This document shows positions 1 through 8,333 of a stretch of DNA of 64,000 bases, in pieces. A model generated the notes under the pieces. It had not been told where the DNA came from and ran no database searches. It worked only from the letters and a program-made list of their open reading frames with translations. The stretch's first letter is position 1, and every line of letters begins with the position of its first letter. The DNA lies in NCBI GenBank assembly GCA_964057225.1, contig OZ059900.1, positions 14,756,001-14,820,000 of the forward strand, in the 5' to 3' direction. Both the position numbers and the translations under genes were made by a program. The stretch comes from Auanema rhodensis. Taxonomy: Eukaryota; Animalia; Nematoda.

Positions 1-456
1 ACCACCCTTATTGAAAGAGAGTTCAAAAAGCTGCCGTTTAAAAGACCAAAACGTGCAGTCACCGAAGGATGTTCTTTCCCACTGGATCAAGATCGGATCA
101 ACGAAGTTGAAGATTATGAAACAGTATTGCTTCACGTCTGTCCATATACTTTCCTAAGACCATTAATGAGTAATCCCGGTATTACTTCAATTATTCCTAT
201 AATCAAAGGAAGACGTTTAGTAGATCCAACATACTCTCTAAAGGCATGGATAACATCACATAAAGAAAAATTCGAATTTTTCTTCAGAATTCAAATAAAT
301 GAACATTCTGTTCGACATTTTCTCAAGTAATACGATTTCAGTGATAAAGAAGAAGCTCTGCTATATTATATAGCACAAAGAGAATTAGCCATTACTACAA
401 AGGCAGCAATATCATACTTAACATCTGAACAGCTTCTCGAACAAATATCAGATCGT

Positions 457-3069
457 TTGACAGTAATCGAATTCGATGAAATCATAAGGAAGAAAGAAGG
501 TTCATATCGCGAACGAATTGAAAGCATAGCTCTCAATTTAACCAATACACCAGTTATAATTGAAGAAGGATTGACAGTTCCATCACGACAAGAAGTCCTA
601 CAAACGTTCATACAAATGCCACCAATAAGGAAACGTATACTAACTGACGAGGAAGAGAAGAAAAGCGAATTCATTAAAGCAACGATCAATTTACTAAGAG
701 AACTAAAAACCCTCACAACAGTACGATGGAATAAAACTGCAGCATTTATTGATGACAGAAAATTTATAAAATTGCCAGCATCACGACAATTCATGCCAAA
801 TACAGATAAACTATTTTATGACAGGAAGAATAATTATGGAATACCGATCGGTCCACACCCTAAGCTGATCAAGCCCAGCAATCTTTCAAAGAAATTATTA
901 TTGGAAATATTTTTACCCCTGCTCAATAATGTAAAAACACCTTATACATCGAGTAGGATAACACAAGAACAACTTCAAATCTTAATGGCAGAGAAAAATG
1001 AAACAAATTTTCGGCAAATCGCAACGCTGACATCCAGCGTCGCGGCAGGCGGCGCGGCTAGCGGCGCGGTTGTGACACCAGTCCAACCTTTGATCGAACG
1101 GAAGGGAACAATCCAATCAGTTACCACAATACAGCCGCAAATAACGAACAATCCTCACACAAATGCAACAACCACCACAAGAGCACCATCATGGAGGCAA
1201 CAGCCATCAACAACGGCGCCTCACACGACCGCTGCGACAACAGCACGCACAACAACATCAACCGCTCGTTCGCCAACAACAACGAGAAGCTATGCCATAT
1301 ACAAAGACGCACAGATTCCAAAAATACAAGAGACAACCGAAGCCTCTCCAACATTGATTCGAAAAAACCGAGCTTCCTCAACACCATCAGTAGAAACCTC
1401 AAATTCAGTGGAAGCAAATGCGAGATACATAGCAACGAAAATTGACTCGGTACAAGAGTTTCGTCAAAATATATCGAACAAAATAGCCCAAGATCATTTA
1501 CAGTATGCTACTACAATGATCCAAGAGGAATTGCAGAAACATTTTGAAGAATCATACGAATCGATTTGCGAGATACAAAATCGGTATCTGGAATTATGGA
1601 AATCAATTCTACAAATTGAACCAACAATCGCAATGCGAACAATACTGGGAAGAGAAGATATAGCCGCACGGTTTGTAGGCAATGAAATTTTGCATATACA
1701 TGTATGCCCTACAGTGCTAGAGAAAACCATTTATCACAATCACACCGTAAATGGCACATGCTATCTCGAAACCCCAGTCTGGACACAAGACGGACAGTTA
1801 CTGTTTGCAGCACCCGGATCCAAGGATCTTTTACCTCATGGTAAAGAAATAAGCTGTGATCACGTACCAACAGATATCTGGTCTAGCGAAGGTGAATGGA
1901 AAGGAATTAATGGGACTGCAAACGTCAATCTTGTATCAATGTGGGACGGACTTCATCACGAAAAAATAACACCATTAAAATTTACCGGAGCTCACTTATA
2001 CACTAATTTATCGTCTCGTGTATACTCAATGACCACAGCCATAGCTTACGGTGCGAGTTTAGCATCGATTCGTCAGAATCACGTTCTTCACACAATTCAC
2101 AATGATCCAAAGATATCAGCTACATTCAGTGTACTAAAGAAAAGTAGCGACTACATATCGAAAGCTCAAGAATTCACCAAGAGCACATGGAAGTCATTCA
2201 TCGATACAATTGCAGGAACGATTGAGCGAACACTAATAACTATCGGTGCAATTACATTATTTACCATCATACTCTTTGTGATAGGTTTCATTGTAAAGAT
2301 CTATTTCTTCAAACCAGTAGGCATACCAGTTATGCATATTGCACTCAAAGATCACGACAGTGATCTACCAACATACGAAGAAACTTTGGAATTAGTTAGT
2401 CATCCGGACCAACCGATTCCAAGACACATAATGAAACAATACTATCCATCAATGCTCGCATTCATACCAATCGCACTACCATTAGTTTGCTCGATTTCCA
2501 AAAAGAAAGATCAAGCGCTACCACTTCTATGGATGACTGTTAACAATAGACTGATCCTAACTTTATGGGACTCAGGTTCGTCCGTCAGTTACATAAGAAT
2601 ATCGACACTACACTACTTAGCTTTGAATGACTTTGTTAAGAAGAATACATCAAGAGCAACAACAGCGAACGGATCAGAATTTGTATTCATTGGTACTATC
2701 GACTTAACCGTCGAAATAGCCGGTTACGAAATCGACCACACATTCTTCATATCAGACGACAAAGACTGTCCATCGCCAGCGTTGATTGGATTAGGTTTCA
2801 TGAAAACACTTGACTGTCAAAACATTGGCATGAAACTAAGACCATACAAAAGAACACTGGAAATTGGAAATCATGTAGTACCTTTGGCTAGCGGAATTAA
2901 CGGGGATATCAACAGGATATCAAAAACTGTTAATTTGATAACCTTGGAACCGCGGAGTCTACTTCCACGACAAGTTTTTAATTTCCAAGTCCAATTAGAG
3001 AACCCAATCGGAGAAGACTTAACCGCTATGATTAAACCAAACGACAATACACCTCTCTCACCTCGATAA
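457..3069 (+). CDS. env: Env-like glycoprotein (gB-like C-terminal half, TM helix) fused to retropepsin aspartic protease; segment of the larger polyprotein
   Basis: T/S/P-rich mucin-like tract ~1120-1410. LQY..IQEE..SICEIQNR..LW..I..IEPT..MR..LGR..IAARFVG..HVC..NGTCY..PV at ~1498-1780 parallels the gB central helix/domain IV pattern. N-glycosylation sequons NHT, NGT, NLS. TM helix ~2230-2310. LWDSGS at 2563-2580. Confidence 0.8.
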   Translation: MTVIEFDEIIRKKEGSYRERIESIALNLTNTPVIIEEGLTVPSRQEVLQTFIQMPPIRKRILTDEEEKKSEFIKATINLLRELKTLTTVRWNKTAAFIDDRKFIKLPASRQFMPNTDKLFYDRKNNYGIPIGPHPKLIKPSNLSKKLLLEIFLPLLNNVKTPYTSSRITQEQLQILMAEKNETNFRQIATLTSSVAAGGAASGAVVTPVQPLIERKGTIQSVTTIQPQITNNPHTNATTTTRAPSWRQQPSTTAPHTTAATTARTTTSTARSPTTTRSYAIYKDAQIPKIQETTEASPTLIRKNRASSTPSVETSNSVEANARYIATKIDSVQEFRQNISNKIAQDHLQYATTMIQEELQKHFEESYESICEIQNRYLELWKSILQIEPTIAMRTILGREDIAARFVGNEILHIHVCPTVLEKTIYHNHTVNGTCYLETPVWTQDGQLLFAAPGSKDLLPHGKEISCDHVPTDIWSSEGEWKGINGTANVNLVSMWDGLHHEKITPLKFTGAHLYTNLSSRVYSMTTAIAYGASLASIRQNHVLHTIHNDPKISATFSVLKKSSDYISKAQEFTKSTWKSFIDTIAGTIERTLITIGAITLFTIILFVIGFIVKIYFFKPVGIPVMHIALKDHDSDLPTYEETLELVSHPDQPIPRHIMKQYYPSMLAFIPIALPLVCSISKKKDQALPLLWMTVNNRLILTLWDSGSSVSYIRISTLHYLALNDFVKKNTSRATTANGSEFVFIGTIDLTVEIAGYEIDHTFFISDDKDCPSPALIGLGFMKTLDCQNIGMKLRPYKRTLEIGNHVVPLASGINGDINRISKTVNLITLEPRSLLPRQVFNFQVQLENPIGEDLTAMIKPNDNTPLSPR
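2515..2900 (+). other. Retropepsin-type aspartic protease domain (boundaries approximate)
   Basis: Active site LWDSGSSVSYI, flap region TTANGS, C-terminal ALIGLGFM motif. Confidence 0.85.
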
Positions 3070-3279
3070 GACACAGCATTTCGCGATGTTAACTCCATCA
3101 ATATTCAATTCCGGAACAATTCTAAAGAATTCATAGAAATACCGGCCGGCACTGTAATTGCAGAAGCCGAAATAGGATCTATACCGGACTATGAAATCTT
3201 CTCAACAGAACAACAGTACGACTATATTCCACCAGAAGCAGACTGGGAAGGCAAATTACCTCACTTCCCTGGTGATTTC

Positions 3280-6216
3280 ATGAAAGAACTTGACCTAAAA
3301 GAGGCTGATCTCACGCAACGACAAAAAGACGAACTACGAAACATCATTCGTCAACGTAAGAAGGCATTCCTCAATGAAGATAAAAAGATAGGATTGTTCA
3401 AAGGACCAGTAGAACACAAGATACCACTACGAACGGATATGGATATGCCAAAGCCACGAATTTCACGTATACCTCTCGGGAAAAAGGAAGAGGTAGAAAG
3501 ACAAGTCCAAGAAATGCTCGAGCAAGGGATAATAGAACGATCGACATCTTTGTTCAACAGCCCTGTCGTTCTCGTTAGGAAAAAAGACGAAACATTCCGT
3601 TTCGTTACGGATTTCCGAGCCTTAAATAACGTTACAAGAAAACAAACATATGTGATTCCTAACATCTCTGATATCATTGACTTAGCGGCTGGATCACAAT
3701 ACTTTTCTAATTTTGATCTTGTTTCTGGCTTTTTCCAAATACCATTATCGAAGAAGGATAGACCACTCACATTCTTTACCACCAATAGTGGGACTTATCA
3801 ATACAGGAGAATGCCTATGGGATTATGTGGTGCGCCACATACCTTTCAAACAGCCGTGAGATATCTCCAAAGTAAATGTAAATGCCGACTATTTGTCTAT
3901 TTGGACGATTTACTAGTCATATCAGACAGCGCAGAACAACACCTCGAAGACATCAAAGAAGTATTACTCGCTGTAGAAAGACTAGGATTTAAGATTAAAC
4001 TCAAGAAATGTTCATTTGCAAGACCAGAAGTGAAATTTCTCGGACTCATTGTCGGAAGAGACGGAGTTAAGCCGGATCAACAGAAAGTTTCCGCCATCCG
4101 CGATTACCCTGCTCCTCAAACACCCACAGGAGTAAGAGCATTCTTAGGAATGGTCGGATTCTTTAGAAAATTTATTAAAGATTTTGCACATATAGCAAGT
4201 CCGCTGTATGACCTTACTAAGCTAGACGCAGACTTCAATTGGACTAGCGAATGTCAACGTTCACTAGATAAGCTAAAGGAACGACTAATCGAAGCACCGG
4301 TATTGAAACCACCACGATCAGACCGAACTTTCATCATTGAAAGTGATGGCAGCAACATCGCCATAGGCGCAGTATTACTGCAGCCCGAAGATCCAAACGA
4401 ACCATTCAAGAACTTACATCCAATTGCTTTCGCAAGTAGGAAATTAGTAAAAGCAGAACGTAACTATGCTCCCATAGAGATAGAAGCCTTAGGCATAGTT
4501 TACACTCTAGCACAGTTTCGAACATACATACTTGGATCACATTCAATTTGCATCACCGATCATCGCCCATTGACAAGCTTACTAACTAGAAGAGACCTAT
4601 TTGGAAGACTAGCAAAGTTCCAATTGGTCATACAGGAATACGATATTGAGATCAAATATCGAGAAGGCAGATTAAACAAAGTCTGTGACGCACTCTCTAG
4701 ATACATTGGAGATGAAGCTAACGATCCAAAGACGTCGAACAAGAAACAAAAGACGAATTCGAAAGAGAAAATTGAGACACAACAAGTAAATGTTGTGAAG
4801 TTACCAGAATTCAGCTCAATCCAACAAAATACTCCTTGGATCAAGAGAACAATAGCTGAGATTGAATACAGAACGAAGAAAAATATGATTCAAAATGATC
4901 GTTATTGTGTTATAAACAACTTACTCTACACAAAACCAAGCGTCAAAAGACCTCATCCAGCGTTAATATTGCCATCGGATAGTGATATAATTAACAAAAT
5001 CATTGAAGAATTTCATGAAGACCCAACAATCGGGGCGCATCAAGGAATCAACAAAACAAAAGAAGCCATATTACGAAGATTTTCCTGGACTAACATGCAG
5101 AACGACATAGCAAAATACGTAAAACAGTGCATCAAATGTGCACAACGAAAGAAAGATCCTCATGCTATGACCGTACAACCAATGGGTCAATTTAACATAC
5201 CAACAAAACCATTTGAGAGAATACATATGGATATCATGGGACCATTCCCAACATCAAAAAGGAACAACAGCTATGTCCTCACAATACAAGACTCTTTCTC
5301 CAAATGGGCTACAACTATCGCCATACCAACAATTGTTAGTGAAGTTGTCATTGATAGATTCCTCAGAAACTTTGTATATGTCTATGGACCACCGAACCGC
5401 TTAATAACAGACCGCGGTTCCAACTTCCTATCAAGGAAATTTGAAGACATGTGCGAAAAACTTGGTATCAAACATGAATCAACACTCCCACATCAGAAGA
5501 ATTCCAATGGACAAGTAGAAAGACTTCATAGAACGTTAGAAGAAGGACTCACACATTATCTCAACGAAGATGTCACTGATTGGGACATGTTTTTGCCAAA
5601 AATTACCTTTGCATTGAACACCACAACGCATGCAACCACAGGAATATCACCATACGTTGTACTATTCGGGAAAGAAAGCCGTTTGAGATTGGATAAAGAT
5701 TTATACCCCGAAACAACTGAACCAAAGGAAATTTCAAAGGAGATTGAAAATATTGAGAAAATCCGAAGCAAACAGAAAACAATCATTCAAGAAAAATTGG
5801 AAAAGCATCAAGAATTAGCAAAAAAGAAACATGATGCTCGATTACGCACTCACGAAAGAGATATACAAGAAGGAGACTGCGTTATGTTAGCTGTGAAAAT
5901 GCACAAGCCAGGACAAAAGCTTCGGAAAGCTTATGATGGACCATTTGAAGTTATTAATGTGAAGGGAAACATGGTTCAAATCAAAAACCTTTTGGGAAAG
6001 ATCCAAGACGTTCACAAGGACAATCTCAAATTATTTAATCGAGAAAAAGATGACGGAATCGCACATAAGCCCAGTACACGTACAGACAGCTCAGACGATG
6101 ACAGCGATATCGAAATCATAGAGGTTATCAACGGAAACAACAACGATGAAGACTCTTATGACGAACCAGAAGACCTTTCGGATACAAATTGGCTACCATC
6201 AAGAAAAAACCATTAA
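3280..6216 (+). CDS. pol: Pol: reverse transcriptase, RNase H, integrase
   Basis: RT YLDD at 3898-3909. RNase H IIESDGS..IGAVL..EALG..TDH..DALSR at ~4330-4700. Integrase H-x7-H (HEDPTIGAH) and CIKC zinc motif, D (IHMDIMGP), D (ITDRGSNF), E (GQVERLHRTL), and GPF motif at ~5938. Confidence 0.95.
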   Translation: MKELDLKEADLTQRQKDELRNIIRQRKKAFLNEDKKIGLFKGPVEHKIPLRTDMDMPKPRISRIPLGKKEEVERQVQEMLEQGIIERSTSLFNSPVVLVRKKDETFRFVTDFRALNNVTRKQTYVIPNISDIIDLAAGSQYFSNFDLVSGFFQIPLSKKDRPLTFFTTNSGTYQYRRMPMGLCGAPHTFQTAVRYLQSKCKCRLFVYLDDLLVISDSAEQHLEDIKEVLLAVERLGFKIKLKKCSFARPEVKFLGLIVGRDGVKPDQQKVSAIRDYPAPQTPTGVRAFLGMVGFFRKFIKDFAHIASPLYDLTKLDADFNWTSECQRSLDKLKERLIEAPVLKPPRSDRTFIIESDGSNIAIGAVLLQPEDPNEPFKNLHPIAFASRKLVKAERNYAPIEIEALGIVYTLAQFRTYILGSHSICITDHRPLTSLLTRRDLFGRLAKFQLVIQEYDIEIKYREGRLNKVCDALSRYIGDEANDPKTSNKKQKTNSKEKIETQQVNVVKLPEFSSIQQNTPWIKRTIAEIEYRTKKNMIQNDRYCVINNLLYTKPSVKRPHPALILPSDSDIINKIIEEFHEDPTIGAHQGINKTKEAILRRFSWTNMQNDIAKYVKQCIKCAQRKKDPHAMTVQPMGQFNIPTKPFERIHMDIMGPFPTSKRNNSYVLTIQDSFSKWATTIAIPTIVSEVVIDRFLRNFVYVYGPPNRLITDRGSNFLSRKFEDMCEKLGIKHESTLPHQKNSNGQVERLHRTLEEGLTHYLNEDVTDWDMFLPKITFALNTTTHATTGISPYVVLFGKESRLRLDKDLYPETTEPKEISKEIENIEKIRSKQKTIIQEKLEKHQELAKKKHDARLRTHERDIQEGDCVMLAVKMHKPGQKLRKAYDGPFEVINVKGNMVQIKNLLGKIQDVHKDNLKLFNREKDDGIAHKPSTRTDSSDDDSDIEIIEVINGNNNDEDSYDEPEDLSDTNWLPSRKNH

Positions 6217-6871
6217 CTCATGAGATTTTATTGTAAATTGTTTTGTAATAACTTTCTTTAAAGTAATACTAGAACACAAATTTTGTAACGAGTCCTCTAA
6301 AACAAGTCACTCTTAAGTCAAAAAGTAAACTAGAGCATAATGAACACGGGAAATGTGAGAAGATAATTCTTTATCATATAGTTCGAACCTTCCTAATTTC
6401 AACTAACTTCCCCATACTAGATGAGATGAAAAATGAAAGACATAGTTTGCAACAATATCTGAGCAACAGTCTTCACTTGAGTAATCAATGACTCAATTTG
6501 GAAGTTATTTGGTATTACGCAAAACTTTTCTTTTTTTTTCTAAACTCACACAAATTGAAACAAACAACCGAGCTCTAGCAAAAAAATAGTTAACTTTTTG
6601 TCTACACTTGTTAGAGCGTTATGCTTAGAAACTTTTTTATTATTATTTTATAAGTATATTTTCGCCAATAAAACATAGTCTAGTATTCGTTAAAGAGGGT
6701 TAAAACTTTCATAATTTGGTTAAAAATTTTTTAATTCTTTTCAGATACTGATGTTTTATATTGTATTATGTTCATATTATAAGAATTTTACGTAAAATAT
6801 TGTATTGTAACATGTACTTTAATACACACATTAACCCTTCTGCTACAGTTAATCAAGTCAAAACTTTTGAT

Positions 6872-6909
6872 TGTCGCGAGGACGCGACATAAACTCGAAA
6901 AAGGGCACG
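6872..6909 (+). promoter_or_regulatory. Pre-PPT stem-loop (TGTCGCG-AGGA-CGCGACA) followed by purine-rich tract GAAAAAGGG (probable polypurine tract)
   Basis: Perfect 7-bp inverted repeat at 6872-6889 containing GAGGAC, a motif commonly seen just upstream of the PPT in gypsy elements. Purine run at 6897-6905. Confidence 0.6.
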
Positions 6910-6951
6910 TTCCATTCGAATGATCAATGCATTACATTCATATGACGAAGC

Positions 6952-7193
6952 TGTAGCAGGCGGGTTAGAGTCAGAGAATGCGATACTGAGAGAAGACGAC
7001 CCGCCCTTTTCCATATTACAACACTTCAGCTTTGCGTCAGGGACGATCATGGATGGTTGGTCGTTCTCTCTCTGTTCTCTATTAGTTTAACCTTTACTTA
7101 GTTATATGTATCTTATTGTAATCACGTAGATATAATAAACCAATCTTTCTCGAGTCTTATGTTTATCCTTATGCTCCATGTTTAACCGCTACA
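6952..7193 (+). repeat. Probable 3' LTR (left boundary uncertain, could be ~6910)
   Basis: TGTAGC (6952) ... GCTACA (7193) terminal inverted repeat. AATAAA at 7134-7139. Located downstream of pol and the purine tract. No second LTR in the window to confirm. Confidence 0.55.
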
Positions 7194-7382
7194 TCTGGAA
7201 TACTACCACGCTCATCTTGTAGACTCCATTGGTCTGTAAGATCGACGCGGGAGCATAACGGAACGAGAGTGTGAGTTTGAATTAAAGTAGAAAAATGAAA
7301 CACTGTCTCTAACTTATATTGATTTATGGCCTACTTTACTCAAAGAGATCACAGAATAACGATGAATCAGAACAAAAACATT

Positions 7383-7454
7383 CTCCCCGGCCGGGAATTG
7401 AACCCGAGTCTCGCATGTGACAGACGCGGATACTCACCACTATACTACCGAGGA
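7383..7454 (-). tRNA. tRNA-Asp(GTC), first copy; C49T variant (U-G wobble in T stem)
   Basis: 72-nt cloverleaf, anticodon loop CTGTCAC; plus strand aacccgagtc instead of aacccgggtc. Confidence 0.9.
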
Positions 7455-7813
7455 TTGAATTTGCACTTAGAAACTTTCATTAAGAGTGTGAGTTTGAATT
7501 AAAGTAGAGAAATGAAACACTTTCTCTAACATATCTTGATTTATGTCCTACTTTACTCAAAGAGCTAATTGAAGTTTGGTGTTACAATTAACGATTGATA
7601 AACGCTGACGTATCAATTTTTTTCATCGTAATTAAGATAGAACACTTAAATTAAATAGAAATGTTTGAAAATTAAAAAAAAAAAACACAAGCTCAAATCA
7701 CTTTTGAAAAAACAGAAAGTTTAAAACAACCTTTTTTCTAATAATTATCTTTTTTATCCGACTTTTGGAAAAAAACAAAAATAGCATAACATTCAATAAC
7801 GATGAATGAGAAC

Positions 7814-7818
7814 AAAAA
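7814..7818 (-). terminator. RNA Pol III T5 terminator (representative; repeated in nearly every unit)
   Basis: Minus strand reads G73-AATG-TTTTT, i.e. 4 nt after the discriminator. Confidence 0.85.
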
Positions 7819-7822
7819 CATT

Positions 7823-7894
7823 CTCCCCGGCCGGGAATTGAACCCGGGTCTCGCATGTGACAGACGCGGATACTCACCACTATACTACCGAGGA
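7823..7894 (-). tRNA. tRNA-Asp(GTC), canonical allele (representative)
   Basis: TCCTCGG TA GTAT AGTGGTGA GTAT C CGCGT CTGTCAC ATGCG AGAC CCGGG TTCAATT CCCGG CCGGGGA G. All stems pair, A box and B box are intact, G73 discriminator present. Confidence 0.97.
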
Positions 7895-8261
7895 TTGAAT
7901 TTGCACTTAGAAACTTTCATTGAGAGTGTGAGTTTGAATTAAAGTAGAAAAATGAAACACTGTCTCTAACATATCTTGATTTATGGCCTACTTTACTCAA
8001 AGAGCTAATTGAAGTTTGGTGTTACAATTAACGATTGATAAACGCTGACGTATCAATTTTTTTCATCGTAATTAAGATAGAACACTTAAATTTAATAGAA
8101 ATGTTTGAAAATTTAAAAACAAATCACAAGCTCAAACCACTTTTGAAAAAGCAGAAAGTTTAAAACAATCTTTTTTCTAATAATTATCTTTTTTATCCGA
8201 CTTTCGGAAGAAAACAAAAATAGCTTAACATTCAATAACGATGAATCAGAACAAAAACATT

Positions 8262-8333
8262 CTCCTTGGCCGGGAATTGAACCCGGGTCTCGCATGTGAC
8301 AGACGCGGATACTCACCACTATACTACCGAGGA
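8262..8333 (-). tRNA. tRNA-Asp(GTC), G68A/G69A allele (representative of ~26 copies)
   Basis: Plus strand ctccttggcc: U4-A69 becomes Watson-Crick while C5-A68 becomes a mismatch. Confidence 0.8.

Larger units (their letters stand above)
1..6216 (+). pseudogene. Env-PR-RT-RH-IN polyprotein frame interrupted by two in-frame TAA codons (328-330, 3067-3069)
   Basis: ORFs 127-330, 457-3069 and 3280-6216 are all in frame +1. Manual translation of 1-126, 331-456 and 3070-3279 (DTAFRDVNSINIQFRNNSKEFIEIPAGTVIAEAE...) shows no other stops and no frameshifts. Confidence 0.8.
1..7193 (+). mobile_element. Ty3/Gypsy (Metaviridae) LTR retroelement / env-bearing endogenous virus, 5' end outside window
   Basis: PR-RT-RNaseH-IN domain order with gypsy-type motifs (FNSPVVLVRKKD..FRFVTDFRALN, MPMGL, YLDD, GPF). 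gB-like env upstream in the same frame. Purine tract and TG..CA-bounded LTR-like segment downstream. Confidence 0.93.

Noticed and set aside
1036-1070. GC-rich mini-repeat (gcggc/ggcgcgg) in the env frame
   Set aside because: Simply encodes an Ala/Gly linker (VAAGGAASGA); no evidence for a separate element.
366-5786. Antisense and alternate-frame ORFs overlapping the polyprotein (e.g. 366-794, 1163-1357, 3351-3785)
   Set aside because: Shadows of a long A-rich coding frame with no recognisable motifs.
6872-6889. Mini-element or footprint related to the solo LTR (same TGTCGC/GCGACA ends)
   Set aside because: No flanking TSD; better explained as the GAGGAC-containing pre-PPT hairpin.
7196-7213. 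Primer-binding site for the array's tRNA-Asp
   Set aside because: An Asp PBS would read TGGCTCCCCGG..., whereas this reads TGGAATACTACC. The shared ATACTACC 8-mer with the tRNA 5' region is too short to trust.
7455-7822. Second RNA gene (SL1, 5S, snRNA) hidden in the array spacer
   Set aside because: No SL1 leader or 5S/snRNA-like sequence recognised; the spacer is AT-rich with homopolymer tracts. An Rfam scan would be needed to exclude it fully.
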